Counted from the stretch's first letter, positions 16,497 to 26,710 are shown. The stretch: 51,578 nt of DNA from Candidatus Ozemobacteraceae bacterium (GCA_035373905.1 DAOSOK010000013.1:1-51578), one strand, 5' to 3'. The notes: generated by a model from the sequence alone, not told the origin. Numbers and translations are program-made.

Positions 16497-17576
16497 TTAT
16501 ACGGGAAGCTCGAGGAGGTCGTTGGGAGTGGCCGTGAGCCGTTCGGGAACGTCGTCGACCCGGTAGACGTCCTCTATCCGCACGCCGCCCCACCCGGGCA
16601 GGTAGATGCCGGGTTCGACCGTCAGCACCATGCCGGTTTTGATCGTGTCGTTGCACTTCGTTGAAAAGGCCGGCATCTCGTGGATATCGAGGCCGAGCGA
16701 GTGGCCGAGCCCGTGGCCGAAATGATCCCCGTATCCCTTCGATGCAATATGGTCGCGGGCGAGCTTGTCGACGTCGAAGCCGGTCACGCCGGGCCTGATG
16801 CCGGCGATGGCGCGCTTCTGGGCTTCGAGAACGATGCCGTAGACCTCGCGGAATTTTTTATCGGCCTTGCCGACGAAGACGGTGCGGGTCATGTCGGAGT
16901 GGTAGCCGTTCCAGATCGCGCCGAAATCGATCTTCACCATCTCGCCGGCTTTGATCTTCCGGTCGGTCGGGTGGGCGTGCGGACAGGAGGAGCGTTCGCC
17001 GGATGCGATGATCGTCGCGAAGCTGGGGCCTTCCGAGCCTTCCATCCGCATGATGTATTCGAGGCGGGCGGCGATCTCGGTTTCGCGCTTTCCCGGCTTG
17101 ATGAACCGCAGAAGTTTTTTGAAGCTGCGATCCGAGATGGAAAACGCCTTGCGGAGTTCCTTCAGTTCCTCATCTCCCTTGACCTGGCGGACGCCCTCGA
17201 TGATGCCCTTCGTCGTGGTCAGTTTTCCCTTGAACTTGTCCCGGAAGGTTTCGTATGTGGCGAGCGTCAGGGTCGATTCGACGCCGAGGCCGGCGACACG
17301 GGATTTTTCGAGGTATTCGAGCACGGCCTCGCTGGAAGAGGTCTTGAAGACGACGATCTCGGCAGAGCGGCCGACTTCGTTTTCCGACTGTTCCTGATAT
17401 CGGAAATCGGTGAAGAACAGGGATTTTTTGCGTTCGAGGAGGAGAACGCCCGAAGAGCCCGTGAAGCCCGTCAGATACCGGACATTCGACAAATTCGTCA
17501 CCAACATCGCGTCGATCTGGGCGGGGAACGCCTCAACGACGGCCTGCTGCCGTTCGAGACAGGGATTTTTTTTCAT
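16497..17576 (-). CDS. pepP: Xaa-Pro aminopeptidase / prolidase (M24B).
   Basis: HGLGHSLGLDIHE, VLTVEPGIY and GGVRIEDV metal-ligand motifs. Confidence 0.8.
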   Translation of the reverse strand: MKKNPCLERQQAVVEAFPAQIDAMLVTNLSNVRYLTGFTGSSGVLLLERKKSLFFTDFRYQEQSENEVGRSAEIVVFKTSSSEAVLEYLEKSRVAGLGVESTLTLATYETFRDKFKGKLTTTKGIIEGVRQVKGDEELKELRKAFSISDRSFKKLLRFIKPGKRETEIAARLEYIMRMEGSEGPSFATIIASGERSSCPHAHPTDRKIKAGEMVKIDFGAIWNGYHSDMTRTVFVGKADKKFREVYGIVLEAQKRAIAGIRPGVTGFDVDKLARDHIASKGYGDHFGHGLGHSLGLDIHEMPAFSTKCNDTIKTGMVLTVEPGIYLPGWGGVRIEDVYRVDDVPERLTATPNDLLELPV

Positions 17577-17621
17577 CGCTTCTTCTCCTTGAGCAGATCT
17601 TCTCTGACGGGCAGGGCCACC

Positions 17622-18962
17622 CTACCCTTTTCGTTTTCCCGCATGAATCTGGGATGACCTTCCTCCCGTGCGCGCGGAGCGGCACGGGACGGCGTTGAAC
17701 GGGCTGTCGGCAAGCACCTTCGATACGTCGGAGGCTGGGGAAATGACGGTCATGGCCATTTTCTTCCGGTCGAGCAGTTCCACGGCCGCTTTCCTGATGT
17801 CGTCCTGGGTGACGGCGAGGTAGGGGCGGATCGCCTCTTCCGGGGTCTGGGGCTCGATACCGTAGAGGAACCCGGTCGCCAGGCGGTTCATGCGGTTCGT
17901 CGTGCTCTCGAGGGCGATCAGGGTGTTTCCCTTGAGCTGCTGCTTCGCCTCTTCGAGCTCGATCTTCGAGAGGCCCTTCAAGGCGAGCCGCTCGATCTCG
18001 GTGCTGATGAGTTCGAGCACCTTGGGAAGCTGGTCCGGCGAGGTGCCGGCGTAAATGCTGAAGATTCCGGTGTCTCTGAACGAGGTGTGGTAGGAATACA
18101 CCGAGTACGCGAGCCCACGCTTCTCGCGGATTTCCTGGAACAGACGGCTGCTCATCCCTCCGCCGAACGCGGCGTTCATCAGGGTTACCGCGTATCTCGA
18201 CTCGTCGCTGTATGAAACCCCGGGGGTGCCGATCGCCACATGGACCTGCTCGATGTTCTTCCGGAAGACGGTTGCAGCGCTGTCGGGCTTCGGCGCGGTC
18301 TTCCGATGGGCGAGGGAGCCGGGGCGGAGATCGCCGAGGTGCTTCTCGAGCAGGCCGACGAACTCGCCCGTATCGATGTTGCCTGCCGCGCACACGACGA
18401 GGTTGCCGGACACATATTGTTTGCGATATACATCGATCACTTCTTCACGCGGCATCGCTCCGACCGTGGCGCTCGTTCCGAGGATCGGCCGGCCGATCGG
18501 GGCGTCGGGCCAGAGGGTCTGTCCGAGAAGTTCGTGGATGATCTCGTCGGGGGAATCCTCGTACATCTTGATTTCTTCGAGGATGACCCTTCGCTCGCGC
18601 TCGTATTCGTCGGCATCGAAGGCCGAGTTGCGCACCATGTCGGCCAGAACCTCGACCGCGGTGGGAAGTTCGTCGCGTACGACCCGAGCGTAATAGCAGC
18701 AGTAATCCTTCGCCGTGAACGCGTTCAGATACCCGCCGATCCGGTCGAAGGCCCGGGCGATATCCTTCGGGGAGCGTTTCCCGGTTCCCTTGAACATCAT
18801 GTGTTCGATGAAATGGGAGACGCCGAGCAGCCGGGGGTCCTCGTAGAGAACGCCGCTGCGGAAAAACATCCCGATCGATACGCTCTGGACCGTCGAGAAG
18901 GTCTCGGCAACGACCTTCACGCCGTTGTCCAGCCGCGTCTTGAAAAAAGGCGTTCCGCTCAT
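17622..18962 (-). CDS. M16-family (pitrilysin/insulinase-like) zinc peptidase.
   Basis: Inverted zinc motif HFIEHMMFKGT (HxxEH). Its start overlaps the scpB stop (ATGA). Confidence 0.8.
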   Translation of the reverse strand: MSGTPFFKTRLDNGVKVVAETFSTVQSVSIGMFFRSGVLYEDPRLLGVSHFIEHMMFKGTGKRSPKDIARAFDRIGGYLNAFTAKDYCCYYARVVRDELPTAVEVLADMVRNSAFDADEYERERRVILEEIKMYEDSPDEIIHELLGQTLWPDAPIGRPILGTSATVGAMPREEVIDVYRKQYVSGNLVVCAAGNIDTGEFVGLLEKHLGDLRPGSLAHRKTAPKPDSAATVFRKNIEQVHVAIGTPGVSYSDESRYAVTLMNAAFGGGMSSRLFQEIREKRGLAYSVYSYHTSFRDTGIFSIYAGTSPDQLPKVLELISTEIERLALKGLSKIELEEAKQQLKGNTLIALESTTNRMNRLATGFLYGIEPQTPEEAIRPYLAVTQDDIRKAAVELLDRKKMAMTVISPASDVSKVLADSPFNAVPCRSARTGGRSSQIHAGKRKG

Positions 18963-19795
18963 GATTCACTGTTCTCCCGGCCCGGTTTCGTCGGATGTAT
19001 ACCGAGCGTTATACTGTCCGGCGCCGGAGCGGCATCGGCCGGAGCTTCGGCAGGGGCAGCCACGGGAGGCCGTTCCGGCGCGAGACCACCGTCGCCAGGC
19101 CCGGCATCGGCATCGGCGGACGTGGGCGCCTGGTCGTCCGCGAGGGAGCGTTCGCCATCCATCTCGGCGGTGACGTCGCGGCTTTCGGCCGGGGGCAAAT
19201 CGCCCGGCAGATCGGCTTCGGGAAGCGAAAGCTCTTTGAGACTCCTGATGCCGAAGTAGTAGAGAAAGTCCTGCGTCGTCGAGTAAAGGCGGGGCCTGCC
19301 GAGAACCGGTTTTTCCCCCGACACGAAGATCAGCTTCTTCTCGAGAAGGGTGGCGACGACTCCGTCGCAGTTGACGCCGCGAATCGCCTCGATCTCGGCG
19401 CGCGTGATCGGCTGTTTGAATGCGATGACGGCCAGCGTTTCGAGCGCAGGCAGGGAGAGACTGACGAGCTTCTGGCCCTCGAGGCGCTGGATGAACGGGC
19501 TGATGAAGGCCTTCGTGGCGAGCTGAACACCCTGCTCGGTAATGATGACCTGGAGCCCCGACGAGGGGCTCTCGTCGAGGTGCAGCCTGAACTCGTTCAG
19601 AAGCTGCTCGGTCTCGGAGAACGGCAGTTCGAGGATCTCGGCGATGCGCTGGGTGGGAATGGGCGCGTGATGGACGAAGAGAAGTCCCTGCAACGCGGCG
19701 AGCAGGGTATCGCGATCCGGCCGCGGACCGGTCGGCAGGGGAAGCTGCTGCGGCTGGGCGGAGGGGTGCTGTGTCAGTTCATTGTCGGCGTTCAT
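18959..19795 (-). CDS. scpB: Segregation and condensation protein B with a roughly 90-aa acidic/Pro-Ala-rich C-terminal extension.
   Basis: Twin winged-helix pattern ...QRIAEILELP..., ITRAEIEAIRGV and GRPRLYSTTQDFLYYFGI. Tail ADDQAPTSADADAGPGDGGLAPERPPVAAPAEAPADAAPAPD. Confidence 0.8.
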   Translation of the reverse strand: MNADNELTQHPSAQPQQLPLPTGPRPDRDTLLAALQGLLFVHHAPIPTQRIAEILELPFSETEQLLNEFRLHLDESPSSGLQVIITEQGVQLATKAFISPFIQRLEGQKLVSLSLPALETLAVIAFKQPITRAEIEAIRGVNCDGVVATLLEKKLIFVSGEKPVLGRPRLYSTTQDFLYYFGIRSLKELSLPEADLPGDLPPAESRDVTAEMDGERSLADDQAPTSADADAGPGDGGLAPERPPVAAPAEAPADAAPAPDSITLGIHPTKPGRENSES

Positions 19796-19822
19796 GCGTG
19801 TCTTGCAGTCTCGTTTCTGTCT

Positions 19823-20608
19823 TCAGCCGACGGCGGCCTCTTCGACGGAGTCTGCGGCCGATACCGGCCTGATCGTGATGGGCGAGAAGTTGTCGGCCTG
19901 GGCGATGTCGCACTCGCCAAGCTTGAACATCTCGAGGATGGCCATGAAGGAAAGAACGACGTCGTAGCGGTCCTTGCGGCCGCGGACGAGCTCGTTGAAC
20001 GGAATTTCCCGCCGGTGGCGCAGATCGTTGAGGACCCGGCGGATCTCGTCGATTCGCGCCTCGAGGCCGATGCGGTCGACGACGACGCGATGGATCGGCG
20101 GATTCAGGCGCCGGCGGACCAGCCCCTCATACAGCGCGCGCAGATCGAACGCAGAGAGATTGATCTGGAGGATCTGCTCGGGCTGGAGTTCGTAACTGCC
20201 CGCCCGGGTGTAGATGCGCGAGTTTTTCCGCTCCATCTCCCGCAGATCGAGGGCCATGAGTTTGAAACGGCGATACTCGACGAGTTTGTCGACGAGCTCG
20301 CGACGGGCGTCTTCCTCGTAGGGAGCGGCATCGAGGTCCTCGTCGCCGGTCTCGATCTCGCCGGCCTGGGGCTTGTCGCGCGGAAGGAGCATGCGCGATT
20401 TGATCTCGAGCAGGGTCGCCGCCATGACGAGAAAGCCCGAGGCCACTTCCATGTCGAGAATCTCCATCATGTGAAGGTAGTCGAGATATTGGGCCGTAAT
20501 GGTTGAGATCGGAATATCGTAGATGTTGACCTTCTGCTCTTCGATCAGGTGATACAACAGATCGAAGGGGCCCTCGAAGGCCGGGAGACGTACCTGGTAT
20601 GCGCTCAT
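19823..20608 (-). CDS. scpA: Segregation and condensation protein A.
   Basis: The N-terminus YQVRLPAFEGPFDLLYHLIEEQKVNIYDIPISTITAQYLDYL is typical of ScpA. Confidence 0.85.
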   Translation of the reverse strand: MSAYQVRLPAFEGPFDLLYHLIEEQKVNIYDIPISTITAQYLDYLHMMEILDMEVASGFLVMAATLLEIKSRMLLPRDKPQAGEIETGDEDLDAAPYEEDARRELVDKLVEYRRFKLMALDLREMERKNSRIYTRAGSYELQPEQILQINLSAFDLRALYEGLVRRRLNPPIHRVVVDRIGLEARIDEIRRVLNDLRHRREIPFNELVRGRKDRYDVVLSFMAILEMFKLGECDIAQADNFSPITIRPVSAADSVEEAAVG

Positions 20609-20624
20609 CGACGTTCCGTCCCCC

Positions 20625-21608
20625 TCAGGAGATGAAGCCCATCGCCCGGCGGACCTCGTTCATGGTCGCCTCTGCGGTCTCGCGGGCCTTCGCCTCGCCC
20701 GCGGCCAGGACGTCCCGGACCAGGTCCGGCCGGCTCTCGATCCCGGCGCGCTTTTCGCGGATCGTGCCGAGGACGCCCTCGAGACGCTCGAACAGGATGT
20801 TCTTGCAGTCGCGGCATCCGATGCCCGCCGTCCGGCAGCCGTTCGCGATCTCGTCGAGCCTGTCCTTCGTATATATTTTATGATATGCATAAACCGTGCA
20901 CACGTCGGGATTGCCTGGATCGTTCCGGCGGACGCGCTGCGGATCGGTGATCATGACGTGGATCTTCTGCTTGAGGGTTTCGGGCGTCTCGCGGAGCTCG
21001 ATCGAGTTGTTGTACGATTTGCTCATCTTGCGGTTGTCGATGCCCAGCAGGACGGGGATATCAGACAGCACCTCGGCCGGCTCGGGAAAGATGTCGCCGA
21101 ACACGCCGTTGAACCGGCGGACGATCTCGCGGGTGAGCTCGAGATGCGGCAACTGGTCTCGACCCACCGGCACCGCTTCCGCTTTATAGCAGATGATATC
21201 GGCCGTCATCAGGACGGGATACATCAGCTTTCCGAGCGAGGTGCCATCGCGGCTCGCCTCGTCGCGAACCTGGTCTTTGAAGGTGGGGCACCGCTCGAGC
21301 CAACCGAGCGGGGTGTACATGCTGAGGATCGTGTTCAGCTCGGCATGCTGGGGCATGGCCGACTGGCGGAAGATGACGGACTTCTCGGGGTCGATGCCGA
21401 CGCTCATGAAATCGACGACCATATCGGTGATGTATCGGGGCAGTTCGTCGATCTTCAGGCGATCCGTGAACGCATGCCAGACGGCGGCGAAAAAGTAGCA
21501 GTCATACTGGTCCTGGAGTTTCACCCACGTCCGGAGGGTGCCCTCGAGGTGGCCGAGATGCAGGGAACCGGTGGTCCGCATGCCGCTGACAAGTCGTTTC
21601 TTCGCCAT
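20625..21608 (-). CDS. trpS: Tryptophanyl-tRNA synthetase.
   Basis: HIGH-type motif TGSLHLGH and the KMSKS motif (KMSKSYNN). Confidence 0.9.
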   Translation of the reverse strand: MAKKRLVSGMRTTGSLHLGHLEGTLRTWVKLQDQYDCYFFAAVWHAFTDRLKIDELPRYITDMVVDFMSVGIDPEKSVIFRQSAMPQHAELNTILSMYTPLGWLERCPTFKDQVRDEASRDGTSLGKLMYPVLMTADIICYKAEAVPVGRDQLPHLELTREIVRRFNGVFGDIFPEPAEVLSDIPVLLGIDNRKMSKSYNNSIELRETPETLKQKIHVMITDPQRVRRNDPGNPDVCTVYAYHKIYTKDRLDEIANGCRTAGIGCRDCKNILFERLEGVLGTIREKRAGIESRPDLVRDVLAAGEAKARETAEATMNEVRRAMGFIS

Positions 21609-21653
21609 GATACGAGTTCAACTCCGTTGTGTCATATATAATGCTATATAATA

Positions 21654-22835
21654 TTATTCGAGACTTCTGATGGCGTCTTCCGCCGCCTCGCGCGTTTCAG
21701 GGTCGGGATCGAGGATCAGGACGCGGCGCCAGTGGTCGATCGCCTGCGTGCGCTCGTCGAGCTTGTACCAGGCGACGCCGATATTGAATTCGGCCTCGTA
21801 ATACTTCGGGTCGAGCTCGATCGCCTTTTCCCACCATTTCAGGGCGCCGCGCCAGTCTTCGCGTTTCTCCCGGATGTTGCCGAGGGTGAAGAAAAGCGTG
21901 CTGTCCTGGAATCCACGCGCGTAAAGATCGGTGAGAAGCCTGTCGGCCCGATCGTACTGGCGGTCGAAATACCAACACCTGGCAAGGAACAGCAGGTCCT
22001 TGTTGCCGAGACTGCCGCGCTCGGCATACGGTTCGAGCATCTTCTGCGCCAGGCCGTATTGCGAGAGTTCGAAGGCCTGGCGGGCGAGTTCCAGCGCGTC
22101 TTCCTTCTCGAGCCGCGACGTATCGCCTATTCGGGCGATCGCGTCGCCGGCCCCCTCCGTATCGCCAAGGCGGCGCCTGACCATCGCCTGCAGGAGGGAG
22201 ATTCTCGGTTCGCCCGGGAAGGCGACGACCGCCTTCTCGATGAGGCTTCGCGCGGCTTCGAGCCGCTCGGCCTCGATCAGGAATTTCACGAGCTTCACGG
22301 TCCCGTCGATGGGCGGAAGAGACGACGCGCTCTGTTCCATCAGTTTGCCGAGATCCGGGTCGCACAGAACGGCGAGCTCGGAAACTTGTTCGTTTTTCAT
22401 CACAAGACGGGGAGCGGCGACGTCGGCGGCATCGACCGTGAAACACAACGTTCCGCGGCTCTGCGTTCCCGGGCTCATATCGAACGGCCTGGCGAGACAG
22501 TCGGGATTTTCCATGGCGGCGGGGGAATAGGTTCCGCTCATCCTCAGGGTATAGTCCTTGAGCGGATCGACCGCAAACGAACGGGTTCCGGTGTTCACGA
22601 AGGTAAGCTGGATTTCGACCTTGTCCTGCTTCGCCCCGGTACCGAGGCCGCCGGTGAACGGCGTACGCCGAAACTCGTTCACGCAGACGACGATCCCGTC
22701 GGGGCCGATGACGTCTTCACCCTGCAGGAACAGGGCGGCCGCAGCGGCGGCGGGAAAGAGGCCGCACGAGCTCAGGAGTACGAGGGCAGCCGGGACAAAG
22801 GTTCGAAAAGCCGATCGTAACGACATGGCGTTCAT
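21654..22835 (-). CDS. Secreted TPR-repeat protein.
   Basis: Signal peptide MNAMSLRSAFRTFVPAALVLLSSCGLFPAAAAA. Multiple TPR units in the C-terminal half. The ATG at 22835 is preferred over the ORF start at 22976. Confidence 0.6.
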   Translation of the reverse strand: MNAMSLRSAFRTFVPAALVLLSSCGLFPAAAAAALFLQGEDVIGPDGIVVCVNEFRRTPFTGGLGTGAKQDKVEIQLTFVNTGTRSFAVDPLKDYTLRMSGTYSPAAMENPDCLARPFDMSPGTQSRGTLCFTVDAADVAAPRLVMKNEQVSELAVLCDPDLGKLMEQSASSLPPIDGTVKLVKFLIEAERLEAARSLIEKAVVAFPGEPRISLLQAMVRRRLGDTEGAGDAIARIGDTSRLEKEDALELARQAFELSQYGLAQKMLEPYAERGSLGNKDLLFLARCWYFDRQYDRADRLLTDLYARGFQDSTLFFTLGNIREKREDWRGALKWWEKAIELDPKYYEAEFNIGVAWYKLDERTQAIDHWRRVLILDPDPETREAAEDAIRSLE

Positions 22836-22881
22836 GGTAGCACATTCCTGGCCGCCATGAAATAGAGCGAGGAATGAAAAT

Positions 22882-23880
22882 TCAGAGCGCTCCGGCCACC
22901 CGATTCCAGTCCGGCGTATTTGCCTGCGGGAGTTCGAAACCGGGCCTAGCGAGAAGGAGCAGAAAATCGTAATCATTTCTGCCCGTATCGACGGCTTTTA
23001 TTCTCAGGACGGATCTCGGGAACCGCGTGGCGAAGACCTCACGAAGCCGGCCGGCGACGTGTTCGTCGTGCCAGAGTGGCGGAAGATCGTCTCCCGACCA
23101 GGTGACGGCGACATACGCGGCTTTTCCGGCCTTGGAGAGCATCGCCGAAGCATCGCATCCCGTCTTCCAGTCGTAGATCCACCCCTTCCTGGCCCTGTCG
23201 ATTTCGTCCTTTGCGGCCTGCAGATCGGCATTTCCGCGGCACCAGGCGTGAAACATCACGTCGTGATCGCTTTCGAGCCGCTTTCTGCCGCAGAATGTCA
23301 GCGGAATGACGTAGAGGTCTGCCTCGACCTCGTCTCCGAGTTCGTCGATCGGCATGTTCAGGCAGAAGATTTTTTCGGCCGCGCTGACAAGCTGGCTCTC
23401 GCAGCGGCGGATCATCATATCGAGGAGCTCGTCCGGCGGGACCGACGGGGCGACGCCCGACGCCGCCATCGTGATCCAGGCGGCGATGACGTTGTAGATG
23501 CCGGCTTGGAACAACTCGCTCTGCGTCGCCTTTGAAATTTCGAACGCCGCCTCGCGCCAATAGTGCAGGTAATCGAGTTGCTGGGCATCGAACAGCCTGT
23601 GCTGCCACGACAGGAAGGGGTTCGTCTCTTTCCTGAACGGCTTGTCGAGGGTCCGAATGAACTTGCGCCGGTTCGGCTCGGTCAGCTTTTCGAAGCCGTT
23701 CGCGAGGAGGGCGCGAAGGATGACGGCCCGGCTTTCCACGGGATCGTTGACGTACATCCTGATGCCGAGGCGCTTGAACCACAGAAGCGAGTGCGGCCGC
23801 GGTGAGATCGGCAGGAAGATGGATTTCACGGCGTCCGGGGGGAGGGATTCGAGGATCCAGGAGGGCTGGAAACGGATCAC
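22882..23880 (-). CDS. Hypothetical protein; its stop overlaps the HD-GYP gene start (ATGA), so it is probably co-translated.
   Basis: A long ORF with coding-like composition and Cys/His-containing motifs (FCGRKRLESDHDVMFHAWCRGN). No domain recognised. Confidence 0.45.
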   Translation of the reverse strand: MIRFQPSWILESLPPDAVKSIFLPISPRPHSLLWFKRLGIRMYVNDPVESRAVILRALLANGFEKLTEPNRRKFIRTLDKPFRKETNPFLSWQHRLFDAQQLDYLHYWREAAFEISKATQSELFQAGIYNVIAAWITMAASGVAPSVPPDELLDMMIRRCESQLVSAAEKIFCLNMPIDELGDEVEADLYVIPLTFCGRKRLESDHDVMFHAWCRGNADLQAAKDEIDRARKGWIYDWKTGCDASAMLSKAGKAAYVAVTWSGDDLPPLWHDEHVAGRLREVFATRFPRSVLRIKAVDTGRNDYDFLLLLARPGFELPQANTPDWNRVAGAL

Positions 23881-24557
23881 GGCCGCCCCTCCGGCGCCGA
23901 CGAGGCGGCCGAGCAGACGGCTTCGCGGGCACGCACGACGACGGGATCGAAATGAAGCCCCGACTGGATGCCGAGCTCGACCCGGATCTGTTCGGGATTG
24001 AGGGCTTTGCGATACGACCTCGCCACCTTCATCGAGGCGGCGGCGTCGACGACCGCGAGGATTCGCGCCGCAAGAGGGATCTCATCGCCCACAAGGTGGT
24101 CGGGATACCCGCTACCGTCCCATTTTTCATGGTGCCAGCGAATGATGCTCGGAACGTCCTCCGTCACCGGCACGTGGCGGCGCAGAGCAAGTTCGCCGAG
24201 AAGCGGGTGGGTTTTCACGAGAAACCATTCGTCGGCGTTCAGCGCTCGAGGCTGCTTGACGATTTCGCGCGGGATGTTCGCCATGCCGCAATCGTGAAGG
24301 AGACACGCGATATGAAGGGAGGCGATCGTCCGCTCGTCGAGTTTCAAGTGCCTGGCGATCGCCCGAGCCTCGCGCGCCATGTCCGTCGCGTGCGGTTCCG
24401 CGTATCCCTCGACCGAATCGATGATGCCGGATATGCCGGCTAGAAAGGTCAGGTCTGGAATCTGCTGCATCTGCAGGCGCTCCTGCAGATCGAAATACCG
24501 CCACGCAAGCCAGGTGCATGCGACGGCGAGGGCGAGATTGAGGATGTAGATCGCCAT
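23877..24557 (-). CDS. Membrane-anchored HD-GYP domain protein (c-di-GMP phosphodiesterase family).
   Basis: HIACLLHDCGM (HD) and HHEKWDGSGYP (GYP) motifs, with an N-terminal TM segment. Confidence 0.8.
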   Translation of the reverse strand: MAIYILNLALAVACTWLAWRYFDLQERLQMQQIPDLTFLAGISGIIDSVEGYAEPHATDMAREARAIARHLKLDERTIASLHIACLLHDCGMANIPREIVKQPRALNADEWFLVKTHPLLGELALRRHVPVTEDVPSIIRWHHEKWDGSGYPDHLVGDEIPLAARILAVVDAAASMKVARSYRKALNPEQIRVELGIQSGLHFDPVVVRAREAVCSAASSAPEGRP

Positions 24558-24566
24558 TTGAAGAGA

Positions 24567-25304
24567 TCAGAAGCCGAAGTTGGCTCCCAGGGAATACCTG
24601 CTTTCGGTGTTGAGATTGTCCGGAGCAAGATACCCGAAATCGATCGCGAGCGCATCACTCAAGTGATGTCGAAGCCCAATGAGAAAATCGTTGCCGGCGT
24701 AGTCCATGATCAGCTGGGTCTCGGGATCGAGATTGAGATTTGCCCCGAGAACGAAGAACAGCGGGTCAACAGGCGAGAACTTGTCCGGATACCTGCCGAA
24801 ATGGGCGTATTTTTCGGTGCCCTCCATGGCCAGGTTCGCCCCGAGCCCAACCACGACGCGGTTTCCCGGCAAGCCCGTCAGCACCATCACCGAATCTTTC
24901 CAACCGTCGGTCGTGTCGATCACGGCGGCGGCGGCAACGTTTGGGCGGAGTTTATATTTGGCCGCAAACACCGGGTCGAACTGGCTCTTTCCCGAGCCCG
25001 TGACGAACCGCTTCATGACAGCGATTTCGGTGTCGTCGGAAAACGCGAACACGCCTTTGAGCGAGCCGACGCGGTCGACGCCGTCGCCCCCGTTGATATG
25101 CGCCGCCGCCCTCGCCCCGCCCGGTGGCAGGACATCGAGGCCCGGAACGAGCATGGTGCCCGAAAGGCCGCACAGGGTCGCATCGTCGGCCTGCTGCGCC
25201 GCCACGGGCGACGCGGGCATCGCAAATAACGCGGCGGCCAGCGCAAAGCCGGCCGCCTTCGATACGAACGAGCGAATGATGTTCGATGAGCTAATCGCTT
25301 TCAA
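24567..25304 (-). CDS. Outer-membrane beta-barrel protein.
   Basis: Signal peptide, alternating amphipathic strands, and C-terminal ...YSLGANFGF with a terminal Phe. Confidence 0.6.
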   Translation of the reverse strand: MKAISSSNIIRSFVSKAAGFALAAALFAMPASPVAAQQADDATLCGLSGTMLVPGLDVLPPGGARAAAHINGGDGVDRVGSLKGVFAFSDDTEIAVMKRFVTGSGKSQFDPVFAAKYKLRPNVAAAAVIDTTDGWKDSVMVLTGLPGNRVVVGLGANLAMEGTEKYAHFGRYPDKFSPVDPLFFVLGANLNLDPETQLIMDYAGNDFLIGLRHHLSDALAIDFGYLAPDNLNTESRYSLGANFGF

Positions 25305-26541
25305 GCTGGTTCAACCTTTCCCGAACTTTGTCAGCCTCAGCATGATCGGGAAATCGCTTCAGGAACTCAGAGTACTGTTTCTTGGCTTCATCATTGTCTT
25401 TCAGCTGAGTCCGGTACAGATCTCCCTTGCGCATCAAGGCCTCAGCCGATACATCGGCATCCGGGTATCGTTCCGTGAGCCTGTCGTAATAATCGATCGC
25501 CTTACGGGCCCCCTCGTCGTTCTTGCGATATCTCACGGTGCCATCGACAACGCGTGTCTTGTAGTCGGTGAGGTTCTCCTCGTAGATGCGGCCGAGCTTG
25601 AAGAGGCTCTGATCAGCGTTCGGAGCGTCCGGAAACTTCTGCATCATTTCTTCGAGGGTGGCGGCGGCGTTCTTGTAATCCTTCTGCTTTTCGTCCATCA
25701 TGCTCGCCATCAGCCTGTAGGCATCGCGAGCCAGATCGGAGTTCGGGGAATCTGCGATGACCTTCCGATAGGCCTCGATCGCTTTCGCGTAGTCTCCCTG
25801 TTTTGCATGCATGGCGGCGAGGTCCATGTTGGCCTGAGCGCTCTGGGCTTCCGACTGTGCGGCTTCGGCGATGTTTTCCTGCGCCTCGATCGCCGCGACG
25901 CTCTGGCCGGTGCCAGGAGCGAGGGCCTTCATCCGCTTCTGGGCCTCCCGGAAAAAGGAGCTGTACGGGTGTTTTTCGACGAGTTCGCGGTACATTCGCG
26001 CCGCATCCTCGAATTTTCCGGTGCGCTCGTAGGAGAAAGCGAGGTGGTAGACGACTTTGTCGATCGACATGAAGTTCGGGTATTCGGATAAAACGCGCGC
26101 ATACGCATCGATGGCCTTCGGATAATCATTCAGGCGCTCCTCGTAGACCCTGCCGAGATCGTACAGAATCCGGGGCGAGTCCGGCCCCTTCACACCGCCG
26201 GCCTTGACGCCCTCCGACATGTTCGTCGCGGCGTCGAGGAAATGACCGAGCGCCTGCGACATCTCATTCTCGGCCTGGCGCATCCGGATCGTTCCGATTT
26301 CGACACGGGCGGCGGCCGCGAGTTCGGGGTTTGAAAAAAGGTTCTGGAGGGCACCGATCGCACCGTCGAAATTGGACTGGGCAAGAAGTTGCTGCGCCTG
26401 CTGGTATTCTCCGGTCATCTGGATTGCGGCGTTCTGGCCGGCGGCCGGGGCTCCCCCCCCTGCGCTCCAGAGCGAGCAGGCTGAGATCAGCACGGCGACG
26501 ACCGCGTCGCGACGGATTCGAACGGGAAAGGAGAGAATCAT
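25291..26541 (-). CDS. TPR-repeat lipoprotein (BamD/YfiO-like or Tol-Pal YbgF/CpoB-like).
   Basis: Signal peptide with Cys (LISAC). Repeated TPR-like helices carrying Y...A...Y motifs throughout. Confidence 0.55.
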   Translation of the reverse strand: MILSFPVRIRRDAVVAVLISACSLWSAGGGAPAAGQNAAIQMTGEYQQAQQLLAQSNFDGAIGALQNLFSNPELAAAARVEIGTIRMRQAENEMSQALGHFLDAATNMSEGVKAGGVKGPDSPRILYDLGRVYEERLNDYPKAIDAYARVLSEYPNFMSIDKVVYHLAFSYERTGKFEDAARMYRELVEKHPYSSFFREAQKRMKALAPGTGQSVAAIEAQENIAEAAQSEAQSAQANMDLAAMHAKQGDYAKAIEAYRKVIADSPNSDLARDAYRLMASMMDEKQKDYKNAAATLEEMMQKFPDAPNADQSLFKLGRIYEENLTDYKTRVVDGTVRYRKNDEGARKAIDYYDRLTERYPDADVSAEALMRKGDLYRTQLKDNDEAKKQYSEFLKRFPDHAEADKVRERLNQLESD

Positions 26542-26710
26542 GGGCGACCTCCGTTATTCAGGCGTTCCAAGTGCATCAGACAATCGACGAATTCGAGTGT
26601 TCCGCAGGCGATTATACGTGTGATCCCGCGAGATTGACAAGGGTTCCCGGCTCTGTTAGGTTTTTCAGACGGGCTCATATTCACCGAATTTCTTTCTGAA
26701 AGGGCTCATC

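Noticed and set aside
18240-20506. Long + strand ORFs (339 aa, 503 aa) across the M16, scpB and scpA region.
   Set aside because: Antisense to clearly recognisable genes, with low-complexity composition.
26680-26705. TGGCAC on the minus strand upstream of parB, considered as a sigma54 -24 element.
   Set aside because: There is no TTGC -12 element at the correct spacing, and the distance and orientation to any start are implausible.
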